Assembly: GCA_951406725.2 (NCBI GenBank)
Contig: OX597820.1
Coordinates: 117,118,001 to 117,182,000 of the forward strand
DNA from: Octopus vulgaris
Taxonomy: Eukaryota
Length of the DNA: 64,000 nucleotides
Direction of reading: 5' to 3'
Below are positions 52,859-64,000 of this stretch, one piece after another. The notes under the pieces were generated by a model. It searched no databases. It was not told the DNA's origin and saw nothing but the letters and a program-made list of their open reading frames with translations. How positions within the stretch are numbered: position 1 is the first letter of the stretch; each line of letters opens with the position of its first letter. The translations under genes and the position numbers were made by a program.

Positions 52859-53152
52859 GGCCCAGTGGTTAGGGCAGCGGACTCGCGGTTGGAGGATCGC
52901 GGTTTTGATTCCCAGACCGGGCGTTGTGTGTGTTTATTGAGCGAAAACACTTAAAAGCTCCACGAGGCTCCGGCAGGGGGTGGTGATCCCTGCTGTACTC
53001 TTTCACCACTCTTTCTCCCACTCTTTCTTCTGTTGGCCTGCTTGCTTAGCCAGTCAGGTGGCGTCATTCGAAGGCTAAAACAATGTGAACGCATTGTCAC
53101 CAGCGATGTGTAGCAACATCTGATGGTCTGGTCGGTCACATGATCACGTGAT
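52856..53152 (+). mobile_element. tRNA-derived SINE family D
   Basis: GGCCCAGTGGTTAGGGC A-box and GGTTTTGATTCCC B-box; fragments at 10059, 17890 and 27050. Confidence 0.75.
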
Positions 53153-53384
53153 ATATGTATATATACACACACATATATGTATGTATATATATACACACAT
53201 ATATGTATGTATATATATACACACATATATGTATGTGTATATATATACTGGAAGAAAAAGGTACTCAGAAATCTGGATGAGTTATATTTACAGATTTTTA
53301 TTAATATGTCACATGTTTGTATAAATCATATATATTTAATTTATATTATATTAAGGAGTTGTTAGTAAGAAAGAAGATAAAACT

Positions 53385-54092
53385 CTTTTTCTGTCAGGTA
53401 AATGGCCCTGCTCCATTTGTAGGAAAGGAGTTGGAAGAAATTCTATTGGTTGCACCTAGTGTAAGCTATGGACACATAAGAGATGCAGTGGAATTACAGG
53501 TAGATTAACAGATAAAATTGTCTTTGTATGTGGCAGGAATAATAAGCACTAAGAGCACACCAGACTTAGATTCTCTCAAATGCCGAGGAGGCTCTCTTGA
53601 GGTTGTACATAGTATCTGTTACCTAGGTGACCAAATTAGCAATAGTGGAGGACACAGTGAAAGTATTGTTTCAGGGATAAGAATTGGGTAGGAGAAGTTC
53701 AGAGAGCTGTTACCTCAGTTGGCAACAAAAGGACTCTTACTGATAGTGTATGATGCTTGTGTGCGAGCAGCTATACTCCATGGTAGTGAGATATGGGCTT
53801 TGAATGCAGAAGACATGGAGACAAATGAAGGTAGTATGCTCCATTGGATGTGCAACGTCAGTGTGCATGTACAACAAAGTGCAAATGTATTGAGAGAAAA
53901 GTTGGGCATAAGAGGAATAAAATGTAGCATGCAAGAGAGAAGACTATGTTGGTCTGGACATGTGATGTGTATGAATGAGGGCAGCTGCAGAAAGAAGTGC
54001 CAATCACTGAAAGTGGATGGTTCCTGCAGAAGAGGGAGACCCAGGAAGACATGGGATGAAGTGGTAAGGACCGATCTCAGGGTGTTGAGCCT
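53385..54092 (+). mobile_element. RTE-clade LINE ORF fragment (third family), decayed
   Basis: LEVV..CYLGD, VYDACVRAAILHGSEIW, RRLCWSGHV, RGRPRKTW motifs. Confidence 0.8.
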
Positions 54093-54278
54093 CATGGTGT
54101 TCCAAAGGGCATCCAGCTGTAAAAATCCTGCCAAAACAGTCACAGATGTCTGGTGCAGGCTTCTGTCTGGCTGGCTCCTGTCAAACCATCCCACCCATAC
54201 CAGCATGGAAGGCAGACGTTAAATGATGATGATGATGATGATGATATGTGTGTATGTATGTGTGTATATATATATATA

Positions 54279-54696
54279 CTCTTTTACTCTTTTACTTGTT
54301 TCAGTCATTTGACTGCGGCCATGCTGGAGCACCACCTTTAATCGAGCAACTCGACCCTGGGACTTATTCTTTTGTAAGTCCAGTACTTATTCTATCGGTC
54401 TCTTTTGCCGAACTGCTAAGTAACGGGGACATAAACACACCAGCATCGGTTGTCAAGCAATGCTAGGGAGAACAAACACAGACACACAAACACACACATG
54501 CATATATATATATATATATATATACATATATACAACGGGCTTCTTTTCAGTTTCCGTCTACCAAATCTACTCACAAGGCATTGGTCGGCCCGAGGCTATA
54601 GTAGAAGACATTTGCCCAAGGTGCCACGCAATGGGACTGAACCCAGAACCATGTGGTTGGTAAAGAATCTACTTACCACACAGCCACTCCTGCGCC
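54279..54696 (-). mobile_element. SINE family B, full length
   Basis: Matches other B copies. Confidence 0.85.
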
Positions 54697-54805
54697 TATA
54701 TATATATATATATATAGGGAGAATTCATGAAAAAACAAAAGGTGAAGACAGGTGGTATAGAAAACAAACAGATGTATTAGTATAATGCTTGGGAATTGAA
54801 AAAGT

Positions 54806-54841
54806 CTTTAACATTTCGAGCCTATGCTCTTCCACAGAAAG
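54806..54841 (-). ncRNA. Variant-core minimal hammerhead-like motif
   Basis: CTTT-CTGTGGA-A-GAGCATAGGCTC-GAAA-TG-TT-AAAG; a more decayed copy of the same repeat lies at 24126-24160 (+). Confidence 0.45.
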
Positions 54842-55591
54842 GAACACAGAAAGAAACAAGGAGAGAAACAAAAATGTGTGTAGTGGCTACAAACGTACAC
54901 ACATACATACATACATACATACATACATGACAAGTTTCCTTCAATTCCCATCTAGAAAATCCACTCACAGGGCTTTGGTCAGCTTGGGGTTATAGTAGAA
55001 ACACCAGCTCATGGTGCCATGCAGTGGGACTGAACTCTGATCCATGTGGTCGGGAACCAAACTTTTTGTCATACAGCCACACCAGCAACTGATAAATTGT
55101 TATTTTAAAAAATTTGGTGACTTTTATGATATTCTTAATCCTTATTAAATTACCAGAACTGATTAATTTCAGTTCTGTTATCTTTCAAAAGGAAGGACAC
55201 ACTGGATAATGTACTCCTAGATACACTATATCCAAATAAAAGAAAAGCTGGGATGTATTTAATCAAGGCAGATTTACAGCAGACTTAGGTGAACTTAGCT
55301 ATTGAGAGTGAAATGTCTAAGCCATGGCTAAAATACAACACCTGTGATAGGATTGGTATCTCCAAGACTTTACCTGATAATTCCTTACCTTAGTGATTTG
55401 GTCATTTATGAATCTAAGATTCTTGACATAAAAGTCAAAGATGCAGGGAAACAATTTGATGTGAGATATGAGAAATGCCACTGCTGTCAGATTTTCTCTA
55501 AAATCCAATCTATTGAAGAATATAAGGGTGCTGTTATTCAAAAAGCTCGACATATGTGAATTTAATGTGTTGTAGATTACAGGTTGATAGT

Positions 55592-56206
55592 TTAACCTTT
55601 TAGCATTCAAACTGGCCATTTCCAGCCCAAATAATTTACGTATTTTATGTTCAAACTGGTCGAATTTAATCTCTCATACCTAAATTACAATATCATTCTA
55701 AAAATAAGGTGGCGAGCTGGCAGAAACGTTAGCACACCGGGCGAAATGCTTAGCAGAATTTTGTCTGGCGCTACGTTCTGAGTTCAAATTCCGCCGAGGT
55801 CGACTTTGCCTTTCATCCTTTCGGGGTCGATAAATTAAGTACCAGTTACACACTGGGGTCGATGTAATCGACTTAATATCTATGTCTGACCCCTCTAAGT
55901 TTAGCCCCTTGTGGGTAATAAAGAAATAGGTATTTCGCATGACTTTACGTTCTGAGTTCAAATTCCGCCGAGGTCGACTTTGCCTTTCATCCTTTCAGGG
56001 TCAATAAATTAAGTACCAATTATGCACTGGGGTCGATGGAATCGACTTAATCCCTTTGTCTGTCCTTGTTTGTCCCCTCTGTGTTTAGCCTGTTGTGGGC
56101 AATAAAAAGATAAATATCATTCTAAAAATAAACAATCATAGAATGGTTAATTCAAAACATGAATAAATAAACACCAGATTTTAAGGACTGAATGCTAAAG
56201 GGTTAA
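55592..56206. mobile_element. piggyBac-type MITE with nested SINE A dimer (55708-56112)
   Basis: TTAACCTTTTAGCATTC ... GAATGCTAAAGGGTTAA; SINE TSD AATATCATTCTAAAAATAA at 55689-55707 and 56113-56131. Confidence 0.75.
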
Positions 56207-56975
56207 ATTCTTACTCAACAGCCACAAGGTTTGTGCCTTTGGGAAAGGGTGGTGAATGCTTTATGGTGTTTGGTTACATTCTTTTACATTCTGAGTTCAA
56301 ATCCCACCAAAGTCAATATTTCTTTCACCTTTTCAAAGTTGATAAAACAAATACCAGTCATGTTCTGGTGTCCATTTAATTGACTCCACCCCTTCTCAAA
56401 AATCTGTGGCATTGTACTGATTTTTGTCTCATCTTTTACTTATTTCAGTTATTGGAAAGTGGTCATGCTGTAGCGCTCCCTTAAAGGGTTTAGCTGAACA
56501 AATCAATCCCATTACTTACTCTTTAAGTCTCATATTTATTCTATCAATCTCTTTTACTGAACCCCTAAGTTACAGGGACATAAACAAACTGACACCATTT
56601 GTCAAATGATGGTGGTGGGAGACAAACACAAATAAAAAGACATAAGCATATATATTGCTTATATATATAAATATATATAAATATATATTTATATATATTT
56701 ATATATAAATATATAAATATTTATATAAACATATTTATATATGTTTATATAAATAATATATAAACATATTATTTATATAATATGTTTATTATTATATAAA
56801 CATATACAATGTTTATATAATAATATATAACAGATATGGAAAACTCCAACAACCAACAACTGTTACCATTGCACAGAAACAATTGTTGTGATTTCGGATT
56901 AAAGCCTGTCCATTCCATCTTCTAGTCTTATATTTTTCTTTCATATGGATTCTGTGTCTACTAACAGATTTCCAC

Positions 56976-57363
56976 ACCGAACGTGACACCATCCGAACGT
57001 GGCCGATGCCAGCACCGCCTTGACTGGCTTCTGTGCCGGTGGCACATAAAAAGCACCATCCGAACGTGGCCGATGCCAGCGCCGCCTTGACTGGCTTCCA
57101 TGCCGGTGGCACGTTAAAAGCACCAACCGATCGTGGCCGTTCCCAGACTCCCCTGGCACCTGTGCTGGTAGCACGTAAAAAGCACCCACTACACTTGCGG
57201 AGTGGTTGGCATTAGGAAGGGCATCCAGCTGTAGAAACACTGCCAGATCAGACTGGAGCCTGGTGAAGCTCTTAGCTTCCCAGACCCTGGTCGAACCGTC
57301 CAACCCATGCTAGCGCGGAAAACGGACGTTAAGCGATGATGATGATGATGATGATGATGATGA
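56976..57363 (+). mobile_element. SINE family C with internal tandem units
   Basis: Same structure as 28446-28838. Confidence 0.75.
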
Positions 57364-59002
57364 TAGCTAGTAAAAGGAGTATCACTGTTGTATGTTAAAT
57401 AATAAGGCACAAAAAGAAAATGACTCACCCCAGACACATCAGAATATGCTTCAACACACGAACTCATATAAAGAATCTTGTAAACCAAATTCCAAAACGA
57501 AATATAATATAAACACATACACATATATGATAGGCTTCCACACAGTTTCCATATACCAAATTCGCTCACAAAGTATTGGTTGGTTTAGGGTCGTAGCAGA
57601 AGACACACTTGTCTAGAGTACCATGCTATGGGACTGAACCCAAAGTCACAGAGTTACAAAGCAAGTTTCTTAACCATGCAGCCATGCCATAACTCGATTT
57701 ATCTTTTATAAATTTCTGATCGGAGGTTGGGTATTAGATTTATGTTGGATTATTTGGTTCTTATGCTGGATTCCTTCATCTTTATCTCCAATCCACAGTA
57801 AACCATTTCCACTCACAATAAAAGCATTCTTTAATCATTTTAGGTTTGTTTCTGATCCATTTTTAAAACCTTCTTTTGTCAGGAATCTTCTGGAAAGACA
57901 GTTTAAGACTAAAAGCATCAAATTCTTTTCAATTGCTTCTTTCATCGAAATCTCAAATATCTCTTCCGTGTAGCTTTTGTTGTAGAATTTTTTTATGTTC
58001 CCTTTTGTGTTTTTATCTTTGAAATTGTTTTCTTTTTTAATTAATTACATACACAACTACACTATAAGCCATTTTTGAATCCAGAACAAGCCATTATTGA
58101 GGAATTTGATTGAATATTGTCACTTAAAATTAAAGAGAGAAGTAGTAATGGTCCGTATCAGCAAGAATCTGCCTCAACCTCTCCTCCTCCACCTCGCTCT
58201 CCCTTCCCTCCTCCTCTGCCTCATTGTTGTCGTCGTCACCACCACCACCACCACCTACACAACCACCACCACCACCACCACCACAAACACCACCACCATC
58301 ACCACCACCACCACCACCACCACCACCACCACCACCACCACAAACACCACCACCAAATCATCATCGTCATCATCATCATCATCTATATATATACAGGGTG
58401 GTCAGTCTAAATTTGACTTTTTTTTTGTATGTCTTCTTATTTTCAGGACCAGCTTAATGTATTGGGGAACAGGTCCATGGCATTGGAAAGCATAAATGTT
58501 AAAGTTGTAGTTGAGGAAAAGTTAGCTGACCCGGAGGACCGGAAGCCATCTGAATATTGGGAAAGAGCTAACTGTATCATGATGATTTGCAGTGGGAACC
58601 AAAATGCTGACCTCATGACTGCCGCTCAATGCTTTGTGAACATTGTAAAGGTTCATTCATCATCATCATCATCATCATCGTCGTTTAACGTCCGTTTTCC
58701 ATGCTATCACGGGTTGGACAATTCGACCGGGTTCTGGGAAGCCATGGGCTGCACCAGGCTCCAGTCTGATCTGGCAGTGTTTCTACAGCTGGATGCCCTT
58801 CCTAACGCCAACCACTCCGCGAGTGTAGTGGGTGCTTTTTACGTGCCACCTGCACAGGTGCCAGGGGGGTCTGGAATCGGCCACGATCGGCCAGACCCCC
58901 TGGCACCTGTGCAGGTGGCACATAAAAAGCACCCACTACACTTGCGGAGTGGTTGACATTATTTACATTTGACGGATATTTGTCCTCATCTTGTTTGTTG
59001 TT

Positions 59003-59048
59003 AACACAACGTTTCGGCTGATATACTCTCCAGCCTTCATCAGGTGTC
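59003..59048 (-). ncRNA. Minimal type I hammerhead ribozyme with an extra A after A9
   Basis: GACAC-CTGATGA-A-GGCTG..CAGCC-GAAA-CG-TT-GTGTT; palindromic ACGT stem III. Confidence 0.7.
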
Positions 59049-59260
59049 TTGGGGAAATTTACGTGAAAGAGGCGTACATTCTATACTATTGGAATTTCAT
59101 TCCGAATGACCAGTTTCAATGTCATGTTTGTCCCAAATTCCTCCAAGTCATGCGGAGGATTGAAGCAGGAGTTGAACATTCGTAATAGACAAATGGAAAA
59201 TGGAGCCAGTTCTGAAATGACACATTGCTGCAGTATTTGTAACCAGCTTTTCAAACACCT

Positions 59261-59489
59261 TTAACCCTTTAGTGTTTAAACCGGCTGTATCCGGCCCAAA
59301 TATTCTACACATTTTATACTCAAACTGGCCAGAACCAGCATCTCACACCTAGCCTTCAATGTCACTCTAAAAATAAGCAATTACATCTTTCCTATCTTGA
59401 AGGTACAAAATGATATCAGATAAATTTTTTTTAAATGTGAATAAATAAGGATTACTTTTGACAAATTAATCTAAATGCTAAAGGGTTAA
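59261..59489. mobile_element. piggyBac-type MITE (uninterrupted relative of 55592-56206)
   Basis: TTAA-CCCTTTAG ... CTAAAGGG-TTAA. Confidence 0.75.
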
Positions 59490-59580
59490 GGGTTCAAAAG
59501 TCATTTAAGATCTCACACCAGGTAAGAGTATATATAGGCAGAAGAGGTGAAATTCTGCATGGAGCAGACAACCCCATCAG

Positions 59581-59638
<58 letters not shown>

Positions 59639-59890
59639 ACACACAGTCACACACATACACACATACACATATCTATGTCATGGGCTTCTATCTAGCAAAT
59701 CCACTGACAAGGCTTTGGTCAACCCAGGGTTATAGGAGAAGACACTTATCTAAGGTGCCACACAGTGGGACAGAACCTGGAATCTCCATGGCTGGAAAGC
59801 AAACTTCTTACCACCCAGCCACACCTGCTCACTTAGTATATCACTACAATATATATTTGTCATTTTCCACAAATATTCCTCAAGAATATA

Positions 59891-60061
59891 GGCGCAGGAG
59901 TGGCTGTGTGGTAAGTAGCTTGCTTACAAACCACATGGTTCCGGGTTCAGTCCCACTGCGTGGCACCTTGGGCAAGTGTCTTCTACTATAGCCTCAGGCC
60001 GACCAAAGCCTTGTGAGTGGATTTGGTAGACGGAAACTGAAAGAAGCCCGTCGTATATATG

Positions 60062-60102
<41 letters not shown>

Positions 60103-60317
60103 TTCTGTGTCTGTGTTTGTCCCCCTAGCATTGCTTGACAACCGATGCTGGTGTGTTTATGTCCCCATCACTTAGCGGTTCGGCACAAGAGACCGATAGA
60201 ATAAGTACTGGGCTTACAAAAAGAATAAGTCCCGGGGTCGAGTTGCTCGACTAAAGGCGGTGCTCCAGCATGGCTGCAGTCAAATGACTGAACCAAGTAA
60301 AAGAGTAAAAAGAGTAA
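59891..60317 (+). mobile_element. SINE family B, full length
   Basis: Matches other B copies. Confidence 0.85.
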
Positions 60318-60707
60318 GATGAAAACTTTATTCTTGTGAGAGATAATTTTGAATTAACAAACTTCCCACAATGCAAACACATCACCTTTTCAGCTGGGTA
60401 TGTAAGCATTTGTGAGGATCGGATCTTCTTGGAGTGTTATGCATATGAACAACCCCCAAACCCATAAATATTGGTGACTGAGCTTAAATAGAATTCCCAG
60501 CATTTTAAAATAAAACCAGTTTTTTTTTTTATCATTTTTATTTTCCATTGTAAGAGATCTTAATCACATGTTTGCAGAATTGTCAAATTTGAAATATTTT
60601 GTTTATTTAGCAAATAAAGATATTGTATATATAATTTCACTGGTTCTCTCTCTTTCTCTCTCTCTTTCTCTTTTTCTCTCTGTGTCTCTCTATCTTTCTC
60701 AATTTTA

Positions 60708-60755
<48 letters not shown>

Positions 60756-60995
60756 CCTTCTTTAGAATGATAATCTCTTGTTATACAATAGGATTGTGTG
60801 ATGCCTTTGTATTGTTTAGCTTTGTTTGCACAGACACACATACACATGCATTCACGTACATGCATACACAAACATATACACACATGTATGCGTAATGTGA
60901 GTGTGTATGCGTGTGTATACATATGCATGTATATATATGCATGTGTATGTGTATATAAATGTATGCATGTACAGATATGTGTGTATATGTGTATG

Positions 60996-61053
<58 letters not shown>

Positions 61054-61157
61054 ATATAGCAAATGGAAGACAGAAGATGGAATATACGAGAATTTATTAT
61101 TAATCACAACAATTTTTTCAACACATCTAGAATCTATTTATCTATATCTACATGTAC

Positions 61158-61227
<70 letters not shown>

Positions 61228-63877
61228 TCAGTCTCTGGTAGATGAACAGGGTTGCAAATTGCTCGAGCCAAGTGAAATGTGTGAGGCCTTTCAACAGCAT
61301 TTTGCCTGACTGTTCGTGACGAGTGGTGGGCAAGAACGTAGAGTGGACTTCAGTGCCTACCTACATGGCCTACTACAACTCTCAACAAGAGAGGCAGGGC
61401 ACTGCGAAGGTGCCATCATGGCAGCGGAAATGCAGGAAGTGATGGCAGAATGCTCGAGGAACAAATCGCTAGGTTTGGATGGTCTACCCTACGAGCTTTA
61501 CAATTCTATGCCAGACTTGTTTGGAGATCTCTTGGCGGCGGTGTACTGCAACTGGCAGCAAAACGGGAGCATTCCTGGTTTTGTGAGCCGAGGAGCCATA
61601 ACACTGCTGAAGAAAGATCTAAACAAGGGGAATGTAATAGATAACTTTAGGCCCATCACTCTGCTTAATGCAGACTTGAAAATTTTGGCCAAGGTGCTAG
61701 CCAAGAGGTTGGCGCTTGTCATCGAGAAACTGGTTGACAAGGCGCAAACATGTGCAATGCCGGGCCGGAGCATCCATGACAACCTCCACCTGATGCGCTG
61801 CATCACAGACAGGGTAGTTAAGGAACCTGGCATGGGTGGATCAATCGAAAGCTTTCGATAGGGTAGACCATCAATAGTCGGAGGCTGTCCTCAGAGCGGC
61901 TGGTTTCGGTCCCGTCTTCCGTGGCTGGATAGCCGCTTTGTACAGAGGCATCCATTCGGTAATTCGTGTAAATGGACATCTATCGAGACCTTTCGACATT
62001 GCACGTTCGGTCCCTCAGGGATGTCCCCTCTCATCGCTTCTCTACGTATTGACTCTCAAGCCATTATTGCAGAAGCTGGCAACTCTGAGGGGCATCCCGC
62101 GAGAATTGGGATGTGGGATGAGCGTGTCTGCATATGCGGATGACGTCACTGTCATAGTGTCTAGCCACAAGCATATCGAGCAGGTCGGCGAGACACTGAA
62201 AGACTATGAAGCGGTTACAGGAGCGAAAATCAACCAGGAAAAATCAGTGGGCTTGTAACTCGGCACCTGGAGAAACAAGCCCATGCCGTCCACCAGTGCC
62301 TCCATCATGGGACGCTGGACCGACAGTCCGGTCGAGTTGCTCGGGGTCTGGTTTGGTCCGGACCTCCAAATGGAGAAGAACTGGAACGAGATAACGAGTA
62401 GGGTGGTAACTCTCGCCAGGCAATGGGCCAAGAGGAAACTGTCCCTAAAAGGTCGGGCAGAGGTGGCGAACTCGTACATCGCGTCCAAGATCTACTACCG
62501 CCTGACCGTCGTGCCTTGTCCCGACACTACCATCACCAAACTAGAACGCATTCTCTTTCGCTTCTTGTGGAAAGGATGCGTCCCGATGGTCAGGCGATCC
62601 ATTTTCTGTCAACACCCGTTAAAAGGAGGACTGGGCATGCCGTGGTTGATGATGCGCAGACACGCGCTGAGACTGCGACATCTCTGGCTCTATGTAGACG
62701 ACGGTGAACAGGTGTGGTCGCCGTTTGTGAGGCACGCTTTCCCGCAGCTCGTCTCCATGACCGAACTGCAGTCGTGGATCAAAAATAGGCCGAGGAAGGG
62801 CGAATGGCACCGCGAGTGTCGCGTTGCTCTCAAGCAACTATGCCGTCCCGGGTCGACCTGGAGTGACTTCAACACAACCAAAGCATTCTATAGGGGATTA
62901 GTGGAGGGGAGGTACGACGACAAGCTCGGGGCGAACCTGGACGTCGACGAGGAATACCTGACCCGCCTGTTCAGGACGACTTTCAGGCCAGGGCCCATGA
63001 ACAACTTCCAGAGATCCCTAGCCTGGCAGAGCTACTGAGAAGCACTACCTGTTCGGGATAAGCTCTACAGACACGGCTTGAGAAACACGGAGCCGACCTG
63101 CCCGAGATGCGGTCAGAGTGACGAAACCGTTCTGCATGCACTTGTGCAGTGTCCAACAATTTCTGACCTGTGGGCCTATGTCGAACAACTGCTGTCACGT
63201 GTGGGACGAGTCGGTTTATCAGCTGAGTCTATCGTCAATATTGTCACGCCTCCTTCCTTCAAACGGGAAGGAAGAGCTATTTTCATCATCCTTGTGGCTA
63301 TGGCGAAAGAATGTATCTGGTGGACACGTCTGAAAGGATTGGAGACAAACACTTTCCTCTCTGATCAGTCTCTCATCAACTTCTTCAAGTATCACTTGAA
63401 AAGGAAAGTGAGAGTAGAGAGGCAAGTTTTGTCTAGCGAATGTTTTAAAAAAGATCGGTGAATGAAGCAAGGATGGCACGTATGAATGACAAAGCCACCT
63501 TGAGCATAATCTTATGAACCCGGAAATTTAAAACAGAGGGTTACCTACTTCCAAACAAATGTGGTAATATGTAACAATATTGACCGAGGTTACTGTGGTC
63601 TTTTCCGTAAGCTTTTCTTCCCACGGATAAACCTTATCTGATTCACCCTTTACACCTTACATCATGACACTGTGATACACGATCCTATTGATGGTTTTTT
63701 TCTTTTGTTTATTTTCCTTTTTCTTTTTTTCTTTTTTTCTTCTTCTTCTTTCCCTTTTACGATCCCTTTTGATCGAAAACCTACCCCACCATTTTTTTTT
63801 CTTTCCCCAAAAAAGAAAAGCGCTACTTTGTAATCTGTCCCGTCTGTGTGCAGCCCTGTGTGGCTAATAAAGAAGCA
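61228..63877 (+). mobile_element. 5'-truncated Tx1/L1-clade LINE with disrupted ORF2 (RT plus CCHC) and 3' UTR
   Basis: KSLGLDGLPYELY, NFRPITLLNADLKILAK, QGCPLS, YADDVT, CPRC..HALVQC; stops and frameshifts; (TATC)n on both flanks. Confidence 0.9.
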
Positions 63878-64000
63878 TATCTATCTATCTACTGATCAAA
63901 GGAAATCATTGCTTGTGTCCATTAGTTGAGTCATGATGAGCAAGCAAACCAGCAGGGATTGTGGCTCATTGATTTTTGTTGTTGTCACTTAAAGTATGCG

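Noticed and set aside
52856-52935. tRNA-like sequence (also the heads of SINE A, B and F)
   Set aside because: A/B boxes are present but no complete cloverleaf; they continue into repeated SINE bodies
56640-56835. AT-only stretch with small palindromes
   Set aside because: Expected in degenerate (TA)n low-complexity DNA
58392-58650. TA-CAGGGTG start suggesting another Tc1/mariner end
   Set aside because: No matching second TIR or clear transposase motif found
351-61309. Numerous long ORFs of YI/HT/CMYV/poly-L/S/D/M/H type
   Set aside because: Translations of di-, tri- and tetranucleotide microsatellites with no domain content

Overview
AT-rich, repeat-saturated eukaryotic DNA, intronic or intergenic. 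The SINE repertoire and microsatellite density suggest an octopus/coleoid genome, but this is inference only. No host protein-coding gene can be called; almost all listed ORFs are microsatellite or SINE read-throughs. Recognisable elements are several tRNA-derived and RTE-tailed SINE families (my working labels A-F), and decayed RTE, CR1, Tx1/L1 and Penelope-like retroelements. Also present are Tc1/mariner remnants (one with apparent DD37D spacing), two non-autonomous Helitrons and TTAA-flanked piggyBac-type MITEs. The main discovery is a hammerhead-ribozyme (HHR) system. A 2.36-kb palindrome (40388-42752) is built from tandem ~492-bp units, and each full unit carries an intact type I hammerhead (4 copies; retrozyme- or Penelope-pLTR-like). 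Further sequence-divergent HHR or HHR-remnant motifs occur elsewhere, mostly in (TA)n-flanked inverted-repeat cassettes. Secondary findings: a Tx1-like LINE found twice inside (TATC)n, a SINE sharing that LINE's 3' tail, and SINE multimers bounded by a single target-site duplication. Coordinates were counted by eye and may be off by a few bases.
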